This document shows, in pieces, positions 23,411-32,299 of a stretch of DNA of 64,000 nt. The position numbers and the translations under genes are program-made. This DNA comes from Candidatus Rokuibacteriota bacterium (GTDB taxonomy: Bacteria > Methylomirabilota > Methylomirabilia > Rokubacteriales > CSP1-6). The stretch covers positions 3,980 to 67,979 of the forward strand of contig JAHFDN010000007.1 in assembly GCA_023248995.1 (NCBI GenBank). Reading direction: 5' to 3'. The notes beneath the pieces were generated by a model that saw only the letters and a list, made by a program, of their open reading frames with translations, was not told the DNA's origin and made no database searches. Positions within the stretch are counted from its first letter, which is position 1; each line of letters begins with the position of its first letter.

Positions 23411-23821
23411 ATGACCACTGCCGTTCTCCTCGTGATCGGGCTCTCGGCCGTCGTCGTCACGGCGGCGCTGGTCTCCACGCTGCTCGCCATCAGACGCGCG
23501 ACGCTCAGGGCCGAAATGCTCCTGATGATTCTCGAGCGCGAGGTCCGCCCGATGACGAGCCAGCTCCAGTCCCTGGTGGAGGAGTTGCGCGGCCTCTCCC
23601 AACACGCCGACCAGAACATGGAGCGGATGGGAGCGGTGATCCGCCGGGTGGATGACGTGACGACCGGCATCGCCCGGGTGGTGGGGTTCGTCGGGGGGAT
23701 GACGCGGGTCGGCCAGCTCGTGGGGACGGCCACGGGCGTCAAGAAAGGGCTCGACGTCTTCATCGCGAAGCTCATCAGCAAGAACAAGAAGCATGATCCG
23801 AGGAGGACGACCAATGGCTGA
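23411..23821 (+). CDS. DUF948-family membrane protein
   Basis: N-terminal TM segment, then a coiled-coil with the DUF948-like pattern (..LQSLVEELRGLSQHADQNMERMGAVIRRVDDVTTGIARVV..). Confidence 0.55.
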   Translation: MTTAVLLVIGLSAVVVTAALVSTLLAIRRATLRAEMLLMILEREVRPMTSQLQSLVEELRGLSQHADQNMERMGAVIRRVDDVTTGIARVVGFVGGMTRVGQLVGTATGVKKGLDVFIAKLISKNKKHDPRRTTNG

Positions 23822-24128
23822 CGAACGGAGTTCCGACGCGGCAGGCTATCTCGGCTGGTTCTTCCTGGGGGCGCTGATGGGCGCGGCGGCCGCCCTGCTC
23901 CTGACTCCGCGGACCGGGGAGGAGACCCGCGAGCTGATCCGGGAGAAGGGAGGCGATTTCGCCAAGCGCGCCCAGGAGTACGCCAAAGACGCCCAGGTGC
24001 GGGCGGGCGAATTCCTCGACAAAGGGCGCGAGGTCTTGGAGGAGCACTCCCAGCGGCTCCTGACGGCGTTCGAAGCTGGCAAGGACGCCATGAAGGAGGA
24101 GATCGGCAAAGCTCGGCGGGACAGCTAG
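23814..24128 (+). CDS. YtxH-like protein
   Basis: ..GYLGWFFLGALMGAAAALLLTPRTGEETRELIREKG.. matches the YtxH N-terminal TM plus helical pattern. A GGAGGA Shine-Dalgarno sits 7 nt upstream of this ATG; start chosen over the track 23793. Confidence 0.5.
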   Translation: MADERSSDAAGYLGWFFLGALMGAAAALLLTPRTGEETRELIREKGGDFAKRAQEYAKDAQVRAGEFLDKGREVLEEHSQRLLTAFEAGKDAMKEEIGKARRDS

Positions 24129-24134
24129 CGAGAC

Positions 24135-24722
24135 ATGGCGGAGGTTGAGCTTCCCAACCCCGAAGAGCTGAAGGAGAAGGCCGAGCGGTCTTTCAGCCGG
24201 CGCGTCGCACTGGTGACCGCGGTCTACGCGGTCGTCCTCGCCATCGCCTCCCTGGGCGGGAACAACGCCATGAAGGAGATGCTCCTCGCCCAGCAGCAAT
24301 CCTCCGACCAGTGGTCCTTCTACCAGGCGAAGGTCATCCGCGAGCACCTCTACCGGGCTCAGCGGCTCCCCCTCGAGCTGGCGCTGGCCGAGCCCGGGGC
24401 GCTCAAGGGACCGGAGCGGCAGAAGGTCGAGGCGCTGGCGACGAAGTTCAGCGAGGAGGAAAAGCGCTACAACGCCGAAAAGAAGGACATCGAAAAGGAT
24501 GCCAGGAAACTGGAGCACGAGCGCGATCGGAACCGCGACAAGGACCCCTACTTCGACTATGCCGAGGTGCTCCTCCAGATCGCCATCGTGATGGCGTCGG
24601 TCTCGATCCTCGCGACATCGCGCCCCCTGTTCCTCTTCAGCCTGGCCCTGTCGTTACTCGGGGCGCTCCTGACTGTCAACGGCTACACGCTCTCCTTCCG
24701 CCTCCCCTTCCTCCACCACTAA
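24135..24722 (+). CDS. DUF4337-family protein
   Basis: Charged helical N-terminal region plus a C-terminal TM pair (..VLLQIAIVMASVSILATSRPLFLFSLALSLLGALLTV..), consistent with DUF4337. Confidence 0.5.
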   Translation: MAEVELPNPEELKEKAERSFSRRVALVTAVYAVVLAIASLGGNNAMKEMLLAQQQSSDQWSFYQAKVIREHLYRAQRLPLELALAEPGALKGPERQKVEALATKFSEEEKRYNAEKKDIEKDARKLEHERDRNRDKDPYFDYAEVLLQIAIVMASVSILATSRPLFLFSLALSLLGALLTVNGYTLSFRLPFLHH

Positions 24723-24724
24723 TT

Positions 24725-24801
24725 CCTCGGAGGGGGCCTCGACGGCCCCCTCCGATTCCTCCCCCTAGGGTTGCGCTGGCATAGCCAGCGCTCGAACGGC
24801 C
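24725..24801. repeat. GC-rich intergenic repeat element, copy A (about 77 bp, two hairpins)
   Basis: Starts 3 nt after the DUF4337 stop, between convergent genes. Aligns to copies B and C. Contains GGAGGGGGCC-TCGAC-GGCCCCCTCC and GCGCTGGC-ATA-GCCAGCGC. Confidence 0.75.
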
Positions 24802-24881
24802 AACTCTCCGGGACAAGCGGGAGGCGGCGGGCGACCACCGTGGAGCTGCTCGCCGCGGCAGGACCCGCTGGCGGCGCGCGA

Positions 24882-26282
24882 CTAGATGTGAATAGCTTGG
24901 CCGAGGGCCCCGAGCGTCGCCTCCAGCGCCGCTTCCGAGAGCGTCGGATGCGCGTGGATCGTGTGGATCAGCTCCTCGAGGGTTGCCTCCAGCGTCCTCC
25001 CCACCGCGAACTCGTGGATGAGCTCCGTGGCCTCGGGGCCCACGATGTGCACCCCCAGGATCTCCCCCGTCGCCTTGTCCGCCACCACCTTGAGGAACCC
25101 TTCGGCCTCCCCGAGGGCGACCGCTTTGCCGTTGGCCGAGAAGGGGAACCGCCCGACGGCCACCTCGCTGCCGCCGGCTTTCGCCTGCTCCTCCGTTTTG
25201 CCGATGGACGCCACCTGCGGGCGGCAGTAGGTGCAGCTCGGGACATTGGTGTAATCGAGGGAATCGGGCTTCCGCCCGGCGATCGCCTCGGCCGCGACGA
25301 CGCCCTCGGCCATCGCCTTGTGGGCGAGCAGCGGCGGACCCGCCATGTCGCCGATGGCGTAAACCCCAGCCACCGAGGTTTCCATGCGCGGCGAGACTTT
25401 GACGAACCCGCGCTCCAGGGCGACGCCGAGCGCCTCGAGGCCCACGTCTTTCACCTTGGCTGCGCGCCCCACGGCCATGAGCACCTGCTCCGCTTCGAGC
25501 CGCTCGGCCTTGCCGTCGGCCTCGATCTCAACGGTCACGGCCGCCTTGGCCGCTTTGACGGCCTGCACCTTCACGCCGGTCCGGATCCCGATCCCACGCC
25601 GGCTGAAGCAGCGCGCCACTTGCGAAGAGACCTCCTCGTCCTCCAGCGGGAGGACACGCGGCAGCGCCTCGAGCAGCGTGACCCGGACCCCGTATGCCGC
25701 ATAGACGTCGGCGAACTCCATGCCGACGGCGCCCGCCCCGACGATGATCAGCGACCCAGGCGCCCGCTCGAGGCGGACCGCTCCGTTGGAAGAAATGACG
25801 GACTGCTCGTCGATCGCGACGCCGGGCAGAGACTTGGGCTCCGACCCGGTGGCGAGGATCACGTGCCGCGCCTCCACCGTCTGACTCCCGCCGCCGGTCG
25901 CGACCTCCACCGCCGTGGGGCTCTTGAGCCGGCCCCGCCCCGCGAGGAGCGTGATCTTGTTCTTCTTGAAGAGGTACTCGACCCCCTTCGCCATCCGATC
26001 GGCAATCTTGCGGCTTCGCCGGATCGCCTCCGCATAATCCGCCTCGAAGCCGGACAGCTTGATCCCGAACTCGGCCGCCCGCTCGAAGAGGCCCACGACC
26101 TCGGCATTGCGGAGCAACGCCTTGGTGGGGATGCACCCCCAGTTGAGGCACACGCCCCCCGGGCGGTCGTCCTCGACCGCCGTCACGCGGAGCCCCAGCT
26201 GGGCGCAGCGGATGGCCGCGACGTAGCCGCCCGGCCCCGTCCCCACGACCAGGACGTCAACCTTCTCGGTCCCCAACGGCAT
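24882..26282 (-). CDS. lpdA: dihydrolipoyl dehydrogenase (E3)
   Basis: FAD motif ..VLVVGTGPGGYVAAIR.., redox disulfide ..GGVCLNWGCIPTKAL.., C-terminal ..HAHPTLSEA.. ATG start at MPLG; the track ORF begins at an upstream GTG. Confidence 0.9.
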   Translation of the reverse strand: MPLGTEKVDVLVVGTGPGGYVAAIRCAQLGLRVTAVEDDRPGGVCLNWGCIPTKALLRNAEVVGLFERAAEFGIKLSGFEADYAEAIRRSRKIADRMAKGVEYLFKKNKITLLAGRGRLKSPTAVEVATGGGSQTVEARHVILATGSEPKSLPGVAIDEQSVISSNGAVRLERAPGSLIIVGAGAVGMEFADVYAAYGVRVTLLEALPRVLPLEDEEVSSQVARCFSRRGIGIRTGVKVQAVKAAKAAVTVEIEADGKAERLEAEQVLMAVGRAAKVKDVGLEALGVALERGFVKVSPRMETSVAGVYAIGDMAGPPLLAHKAMAEGVVAAEAIAGRKPDSLDYTNVPSCTYCRPQVASIGKTEEQAKAGGSEVAVGRFPFSANGKAVALGEAEGFLKVVADKATGEILGVHIVGPEATELIHEFAVGRTLEATLEELIHTIHAHPTLSEAALEATLGALGQAIHI

Positions 26283-26292
26283 TTCTCCCTCC

Positions 26293-26344
26293 CCCCTCAC
26301 CTTTATCCTCTCCCCCGCAGGGGGGGAGAGGGCAGGGTGAGGGG
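26293..26344. other. nested GC hairpin between the E2 stop and lpdA start (intra-operon stem-loop)
   Basis: Inner stem CCTCTCCCCC-GCA-GGGGGGGAGAGG lies inside outer arms CCCCTCACC ... GGTGAGGGG. No downstream U-tract on the coding (minus) strand. Confidence 0.5.
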
Positions 26345-26348
26345 ATCT

Positions 26349-27683
26349 CTAGACCAGGAGACGGAGCGGCTCTTCCAGGAGCCGCCTCAGGTCCTGGAGG
26401 AAGCGCGCCCCCATCGCACCGTCCATCGCCCGGTGATCGCACGAGAGCGTGATCTGCATCCGCCGGCCCATCCCGATCCGCCCGTCCTCCACGACGGGCA
26501 CCACCTTCACCGCTCCGACGGCGAGGATCGCGCCCTCGGGCGGGTTGATGATCGCTGAGAATAGGTCCACGTCGAACATGCCGAGGTTGGAGATCGAGAA
26601 CGTGGCGCCCGAGAGCTCGGGAGCCCTGAGGCGCCGGTTGCGGGCGCGCTCCACCAGATCCCGCCCCTCCACGGCGATCTCGGCGAGCGACCTCGCCTCG
26701 CAGTTGCGGAGGACCGGCGTGATGAGCCCATCGTCCAGCGCCACCGCAAGTCCGATGTGCACCCGGTAGTGCACCCGGATCGTGTCGCCCTGGAACGAGG
26801 CGTTTACCTCCGGATGCTGGAGGAGCGCGAGCGCGCACGCCTTGACGATCATGTCGGTGACCGAGATCTTGGGCTGCCCATCGAGCGCGTTCAGCTCTTC
26901 CCGGAGCTCCCAGGCCCGGTCCATGGCGATCTCGCTCGTCAGGTAGAAGTGGGGGACGGGGCTCTTGGCCAGCGGCATCCGCTTGGCGATGACCGCCCGG
27001 ATCGAGGAAAGCGGCACGTCCTGGTACTCCACCCCGGGCACGGTCGGGACCTTTGCCGGCGCCACGACGGGCATTGGAGCTCCGCTCATCGCCCCCAGAA
27101 CGTCGCGGCGGACGATGCGCCCGCTCGGGCCGCTCCCATGGACGAGCCGGAGGTCAACGCCCGACTGGGCCGCGATCTTCTTCGCCAGCGGCGAGGCCTT
27201 CACGCGGCCACCCGGGACGCCGGCCGGCTCTCCTGCCGACGGCTCTGGGCCTCTGACCAGCGACCGGGGCGCGGGGACGGGGGTCGGGACCGGAGCGGCG
27301 GCACGCGCGGGAGCCGGCGGAGGCGCAGTCCCGGCAGGCTTCGGGGGCGCGGGAGGCGGCGGCGCGGCAGTCGGGGATGGCGACACGGCAGGAGCCGGGC
27401 TCGGCGCGGCGGCGCCGGCCAGGACGCCCGCGATGTCGTCGGCCGGCTCGGCGACGACGGCGATCAGCCCCCCTACGGGAGCCCGCGCGCCGGCCGGCAC
27501 CATGATCTTCCTGAGCACGCCCGTCCCGAAGGATTCGAGCTCGATGTCAGCCTTGTCCGTCTCGATCTCGGCAATGATCTCCCCGCCCTCGACCTTGTCC
27601 CCTTCCTCCTTCAGCCACTTGATGACCCTGCCGGTCTCCATGGCCTCCGAGAGCTTGGGCATCACCACTTTCGTGATCGCCAT
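26349..27683 (-). CDS. dihydrolipoamide acetyltransferase, E2 component of pyruvate dehydrogenase
   Basis: N-terminal lipoyl domain (..IAEIETDKADIELESFGTG..), Ala/Pro-rich linker, and catalytic domain ending ..LSCDHRAMDGAMGARFL.. Confidence 0.9.
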   Translation of the reverse strand: MAITKVVMPKLSEAMETGRVIKWLKEEGDKVEGGEIIAEIETDKADIELESFGTGVLRKIMVPAGARAPVGGLIAVVAEPADDIAGVLAGAAAPSPAPAVSPSPTAAPPPPAPPKPAGTAPPPAPARAAAPVPTPVPAPRSLVRGPEPSAGEPAGVPGGRVKASPLAKKIAAQSGVDLRLVHGSGPSGRIVRRDVLGAMSGAPMPVVAPAKVPTVPGVEYQDVPLSSIRAVIAKRMPLAKSPVPHFYLTSEIAMDRAWELREELNALDGQPKISVTDMIVKACALALLQHPEVNASFQGDTIRVHYRVHIGLAVALDDGLITPVLRNCEARSLAEIAVEGRDLVERARNRRLRAPELSGATFSISNLGMFDVDLFSAIINPPEGAILAVGAVKVVPVVEDGRIGMGRRMQITLSCDHRAMDGAMGARFLQDLRRLLEEPLRLLV

Positions 27684-27695
27684 GTCGAACCTCCG

Positions 27696-28676
27696 TCACG
27701 CGTAGCAGACCCGGCGGATGGCGGCGATGATCTTCTCCTTCGAGGGCGTCTTCGCTTGCTCCAGATTTTTCGCGTACGGCATGGGGGCGTTGGCGCCGGT
27801 GACCCGCTCCACCGGAGCGTCGAGGTCGTCGAAGGCGTTCTCGGTGATGAAAGCGACGATCTCCGATCCCATCCCGGCGAAACCGGCACCCGCTTCCACG
27901 ACCACCGCCCGGTGAGTCTTCCTGACGGAGCCGATCAACGTCTCGATGTCCATGGGCCGGAGCGTCCTGGGGTCAACGATCTCGCACGAGATCCCCTCCT
28001 GGGCCAGCGCCTCCGCCGTCTCCAGCGCCCGGTACATCATCCCCATGTAGGCGATCACCGTCACGTCCGTCCCCTCCCGGCGGATCTTCGCCCGGCCGAG
28101 CGGGATGGTGAAGTCCGCGTCGTCGGGGACCTCGCCCTTGATGCCGTAGAGCGTCTCGGACTCGATGAAGATGACCGGGTTCTCGTCGCGGATGGCGCTC
28201 TTCAAGAGCCCTTTCGCATCCTCGGGAGTGGAGGGGCGCACCACCTTGAGACCCGGCACGTGGTAGAAGTAGGACTCCATGGACTGGGAATGCTGAGCAG
28301 CCAGTTGATGGGCGGGTCCGCCCGGGCCGCGCACGACGATCGGGACGTTGAACTGCCCCCCCGACATGTAAGACATCTTGGCCGCGGAATTGACGATCTG
28401 ATCGAGCGCCAGGATGGCGAAGTTGAAGGTCATCATCTCCACCACCGGCCTGAGCCCCAGCATGGCGGCGCCGATCGCCACCCCCGTAAACCCGGACTCG
28501 CAGATCGGCGTGTCCATCACGCGCCGCTCGCCGAACTCCTTGAGGAGCCCCTGAGTCACCTTGTAGGCGCCGTCGTACACCCCGATCTCTTCGCCGAGGA
28601 GGAACACCCGCGGATCGCGCCGCATCTCTTCCCGCAGAGCCAGGTTCAGCGCCTCACGATACGTCATCACACTCAT
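27696..28676 (-). CDS. pdhB: pyruvate dehydrogenase E1 beta subunit
   Basis: Transketolase-like beta subunit pattern (..RVMDTPICESGFTGVAIGAAMLGLRPVVEMMTFNF..). Confidence 0.9.
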   Translation of the reverse strand: MSVMTYREALNLALREEMRRDPRVFLLGEEIGVYDGAYKVTQGLLKEFGERRVMDTPICESGFTGVAIGAAMLGLRPVVEMMTFNFAILALDQIVNSAAKMSYMSGGQFNVPIVVRGPGGPAHQLAAQHSQSMESYFYHVPGLKVVRPSTPEDAKGLLKSAIRDENPVIFIESETLYGIKGEVPDDADFTIPLGRAKIRREGTDVTVIAYMGMMYRALETAEALAQEGISCEIVDPRTLRPMDIETLIGSVRKTHRAVVVEAGAGFAGMGSEIVAFITENAFDDLDAPVERVTGANAPMPYAKNLEQAKTPSKEKIIAAIRRVCYA

Positions 28677-28690
28677 ACGCTACTCCTTCT

Positions 28691-28767
28691 CCTCGGAGGG
28701 GGGCTAGCGCCCCCCTTCCGAACCTCCCCCCGGGATGGCGAGGGCAAAGCCCTCGCTCGAAGCCGCC
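28691..28767. repeat. GC-rich intergenic repeat element, copy B (between pdhA stop and pdhB start)
   Basis: CCTCGGAGGGGGGCTAGCGCCCCCCTTCCGAACCTCCCCCCGGGATGGCGAGGGCAAAGCCCTCGCTCGAAGCCGCC. Confidence 0.75.
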
Positions 28768-28782
28768 TGATCGAACGTTGTC

Positions 28783-28807
28783 GGTCGTGCGACGGTTATC
28801 GACACGG
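28783..28807. repeat. 25-nt conserved motif GGTCGTGCGACGGTTATCGACACGG abutting the pdhA stop codon (copy 2 of 2)
   Basis: Ends 3 nt before the pdhA stop triplet. Immediately follows repeat element copy B. Confidence 0.6.
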
Positions 28808-28810
28808 CGC

Positions 28811-29809
28811 CTACTCCTTGAAGATGTCCGTGGTCAGCCACTCGAGCGGCGGCTCGGGGGAGGCGTCGGCGAAGGCCACGGCTTCGTCCACGAGGTCGTT
28901 GATGTCTTTCTCGATGGTTTTCACCTCGCCCTCCGTCAGGACTCCGTCCTTGAGACAGCGCCCCCGGAACAGCGCGATGGGGTCGCGCTGCTTCTCGCGC
29001 TCCACCTCTTCCTTCGTCCGGTAGATCGCCGCGGAGGGGTCGCGCATAGAGTGCCCCCGGAAACGGTACGTGCGCGCCTCGATCAGGCTGGGCCCCTGCC
29101 CCCGCCGGCCGCGCTCGACCGCCCGTCCGACGACCTCCCGCACCGCGAGGACGTCCATGCCGTCCACCGCCTCGCCGGCGATACCGTAGGTCTCCGCGTA
29201 GCGCCAGATCTCGGTTTGGGCCAGCGCCCGGTGGATGGCGGTCCCCATGGCATACCGGTTGTTCTCGCACAGGTAGATCACGGGGAGCTTCCAGAGGGCC
29301 GCGAGATTCAGCGATTCGTGGAATTCCCCCTGGGGCACCGCGCCGTCCCCGAAATAGCAGACGACCACCTGGTCGCCACCCTGGTACTTGACGGCGAAGG
29401 CGGCCCCCGCCGCCAGCGGCAGATGCGCGCCCACGATGGCGTGTCCTCCCAGGAAGTTCTTGGACTTGTCGAAGAGATGCATGGAGCCGCCCCTGCCTTT
29501 ACTCAGGCCGTCGCGGCGGCCAAAGAGCTCGGCCATGATGCGGCGCGGGTCCGACCCTTTCGCCAGGCAGTGGCCGTGCTCCCGGTAGGAGGAGATCGCG
29601 TAGTCGTCGGGCCTGAGCGCAGCCGTGGCCCCCACCGCAACCGCCTCCTCGCCGATGTAGAGGTGGAGGAAGCCGCCGATCTTGCCCAGGGCGTACATCT
29701 CCGCCGCCTTTTCCTCGAAGCGACGGATCAGGACCATCTGGGAGAGAAGCCGACGCGCCAGCTCGGCGTCCACCTTTGGCGCCACCGTTATTGCCTTCGC
29801 TTGAGCCAT
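28811..29809 (-). CDS. pdhA: pyruvate dehydrogenase E1 alpha subunit
   Basis: ThDP-binding ..GDGAVPQGEFHESLNLAALWKLPVIYLCENNRYAMGT.. Confidence 0.9.
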   Translation of the reverse strand: MAQAKAITVAPKVDAELARRLLSQMVLIRRFEEKAAEMYALGKIGGFLHLYIGEEAVAVGATAALRPDDYAISSYREHGHCLAKGSDPRRIMAELFGRRDGLSKGRGGSMHLFDKSKNFLGGHAIVGAHLPLAAGAAFAVKYQGGDQVVVCYFGDGAVPQGEFHESLNLAALWKLPVIYLCENNRYAMGTAIHRALAQTEIWRYAETYGIAGEAVDGMDVLAVREVVGRAVERGRRGQGPSLIEARTYRFRGHSMRDPSAAIYRTKEEVEREKQRDPIALFRGRCLKDGVLTEGEVKTIEKDINDLVDEAVAFADASPEPPLEWLTTDIFKE

Positions 29810-29824
29810 ACGTTCCCTCCGGGT

Positions 29825-30130
29825 TCACCAGCGCATCAGGCTCAGGTCGTCCACGGACAGCCTCCGGCGGAGCCTGAAGATGGCGACGATGATCGCCAGC
29901 CCGACGGCCACCTCCGCCGCGGCTACCGTCATCACGAAGAAGACTAGCACCTGCGCCTCGGCTGTGGCGAGCCCCGAGCCGAACGCCACCAGGGCCAGGT
30001 TGGCGGCGTTCAGCATCAACTCGATCGACATGAAGATCACGAGCGGGTTCCGGCGCACCAGGACTCCCACCACCCCGATCGCGAACAGGACCGCCGACAG
30101 CCCCGTATAGTACGCCTCGGGCACCATCAT
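29825..30130 (-). CDS. nuoK: NADH-quinone oxidoreductase subunit K (copy 1)
   Basis: 101-aa 3-TM NuoK/ND4L pattern (..[25 protein letters not shown]..). The track ORF has an upstream extension. Confidence 0.85.
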   Translation of the reverse strand: MMVPEAYYTGLSAVLFAIGVVGVLVRRNPLVIFMSIELMLNAANLALVAFGSGLATAEAQVLVFFVMTVAAAEVAVGLAIIVAIFRLRRRLSVDDLSLMRW

Positions 30131-30645
30131 TCGCTCTTCCGTTTCGCGAGCGTAAGGACCCCCACCAGGGCGGCGAGGAGGAGGATCGACGTGACCTCGA
30201 AGGCAAAGAGGTAATCGCCCAGGAGGAGCCGGCCGACGGACTCGATCCCCCCCGCACGGACTCCGACCTGAGGCAGCGACGCCGCGCCTCCGACCCCACC
30301 CCCGCTCCGGCTGCCCCAGAGGACGAGGGCGATCTCGAGAAGAAGGAAAAGGCCCAGCGGCACGGCCATCAGGCGCTGCGAGCGAAGCGGATCCGGCCCC
30401 GTCTCCTCCTTGCCCGGGATCAGCACCATGATGGCGAAGACAAACAGGACCATGATCGCGCCGGCATAGATGATGACCTGTGCCAGGGCCAGGAACTCGG
30501 CGCCCAGGAGCAGGTAGAGCACCGCCACGCAACCCAGGTTCACCACCAGGAACAGGGCGCCGTGGATCGGGTTCCGGCGCAGCACCAGCGCCAGCGCCGA
30601 GGCCACCGCGACGATGGCCACGATGAGGAAGACCCCCAGCGCCAT
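30127..30645 (-). CDS. nuoJ: NADH-quinone oxidoreductase subunit J (copy 1)
   Basis: 172-aa NuoJ/ND6-like protein (..[28 protein letters not shown]..). Confidence 0.8.
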   Translation of the reverse strand: MALGVFLIVAIVAVASALALVLRRNPIHGALFLVVNLGCVAVLYLLLGAEFLALAQVIIYAGAIMVLFVFAIMVLIPGKEETGPDPLRSQRLMAVPLGLFLLLEIALVLWGSRSGGGVGGAASLPQVGVRAGGIESVGRLLLGDYLFAFEVTSILLLAALVGVLTLAKRKSE

Positions 30646-30647
30646 GG

Positions 30648-31202
30648 CTAGGGTCGCCGGTCCGGCGGAATCGAAATCGGGGACCGCGGCGTCCCGTCCG
30701 GCCCCGCCGGCTCCAAGGCCAGGAGCGTCTCTTTCGTGTAGATCATGCCCAGCCGACTGTAGGACGAGAATTCGAGAATGCCCGTGTCCATACGAATGGC
30801 ATCCTCCGGGCACGCCTCCACGCAGTAGCCGCAGAAGACGCACTTGCCGAGATCGATGTCGAAGCGCTCCGGATACTTTTCGATGTCCTGATTCGGATGC
30901 TCGGCCGCCACGATGTAGATGCAGTGCGCCGGACAGACCGTCTCGCACATCATGCACGCGACACAGCGCGGGGACCCATCCTCCCGACGGACCAATCGGT
31001 GGAGGCTCCGGAGCCGCGGGGAGTAGGGCCGCCGCTCCTCCGGGTACTGGAAGGTCACCGCCCCAGGCACCGTCTTGCGCCCGAAGACGTGGTGCGCGGT
31101 GTGGCGGCCCAGGTTCACGAAGAAGTGGGCTGCGGTGACCCCCAGGCCGATCAGCACTTCGGCGAGATAGAAGCGCTGCCGAAACTTCACGGACCCCTCC
31201 AC
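30648..31202 (-). CDS. nuoI: NADH-quinone oxidoreductase subunit I (copy 1)
   Basis: Two 4Fe-4S ferredoxin motifs ([12 protein letters not shown]; [12 protein letters not shown]). Confidence 0.9.
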   Translation of the reverse strand: MEGSVKFRQRFYLAEVLIGLGVTAAHFFVNLGRHTAHHVFGRKTVPGAVTFQYPEERRPYSPRLRSLHRLVRREDGSPRCVACMMCETVCPAHCIYIVAAEHPNQDIEKYPERFDIDLGKCVFCGYCVEACPEDAIRMDTGILEFSSYSRLGMIYTKETLLALEPAGPDGTPRSPISIPPDRRP

Positions 31203-32299
31203 GCGACCAACACAAGGCCCGTGGCGGCGACGTTCAGGATCGAGAGAGGGAAGAGCCCGAGCCAGCCGAGCCGCATGGCCTGATCATACCGGAAACGGGG
31301 GAGCGTCCAGCGGATCAGCATGAGGAACCAGCACACGACAGCGACCTTCAGGCAGAAGGCCAGCACCTGGAGCAGGGCGACCAGGGGCTGCGCCAGCGCG
31401 ACCGTCGCGCCCCAGGGAAAGCGGAAGCCGTCGCCGGCCAGGTAGGGCACCTGCCAGCCGCCCAGGAACAGCGCGGTCGTCAAGCCGGCGATCACCACGG
31501 TCTCCACGAAGTCCGCCATCATGAACATCCCGAACTTCATCCCGCTGTACTCCACGAAGTAGCCGATGATCTCGGATTCCCCCTCGGGGAAATCGAAGGG
31601 GATGCGCTTGGTGGCGGCCATGCCCGCCGCGAGGAAGAGGATAAAGGCGGGCAGCTGGGTGAAGATCCCCCACTTGGGGATCCAGTCCCCGAACCACTGG
31701 GGCAGCAGCGGCGCCCCCTGGCCGCGGATGATCTCCATCATGTCCAGCGAGCCGTAGACCATGGCGACGCCCATGATGGAGGCGCCGATGGCGACCTCGG
31801 CCGAGATCATCAGAGCGGCGGCGCGCTGGCCCCCCAGCAGGGCGTAGTTGTTGGCCGAGGCCCAGCCAGCCATCATCACCCCGAAGACGCCGAGAGACAG
31901 CATGGCGAACACGTAGAGGATCCCCGCGTTCAACGTGACCGCCTGGAGCGGGATCTCCCGGCCGCCGGCCCGGAGCACGTCGCCGAAGGGGATCGCGGCA
32001 AACGCCACCAGAGCAGAGACCACCGAGACGAAGGGCGCCAGCGTGAAGAGCGTCCGGTCCGCCCGCGCCGGGAGGAAGTCCTCCTTCGTGAGCATCTTGA
32101 TGGCGTCCGCCAGCGGGTGAAAGAGACCGAGGAGCCGGAGGCCGAAGATGGAGGCCCGGTTGGCCCCGATCCGGTCCTGCATGACCGCCGACTGCTTGCG
32201 CTCCACCCACGTCAGCAACCCTCCCATGGTGAGGACGAACAGCATGACGAAGGCGACCCGCCCGAAGGCGATCCCCAGGCCGGCCATCGTCGGCGTCAT
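31187..32299 (-). CDS. nuoH: NADH-quinone oxidoreductase subunit H (copy 1)
   Basis: NuoH/ND1 signature (..QDRIGANRASIFGLLQ..; ..EGESEIIGYFVEYSGMKFGMFMMAD..). ATG overlaps the nuoG stop. Confidence 0.9.
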   Translation of the reverse strand: MTPTMAGLGIAFGRVAFVMLFVLTMGGLLTWVERKQSAVMQDRIGANRASIFGLRLLGLFHPLADAIKMLTKEDFLPARADRTLFTLAPFVSVVSALVAFAAIPFGDVLRAGGREIPLQAVTLNAGILYVFAMLSLGVFGVMMAGWASANNYALLGGQRAAALMISAEVAIGASIMGVAMVYGSLDMMEIIRGQGAPLLPQWFGDWIPKWGIFTQLPAFILFLAAGMAATKRIPFDFPEGESEIIGYFVEYSGMKFGMFMMADFVETVVIAGLTTALFLGGWQVPYLAGDGFRFPWGATVALAQPLVALLQVLAFCLKVAVVCWFLMLIRWTLPRFRYDQAMRLGWLGLFPLSILNVAATGLVLVAWRGP

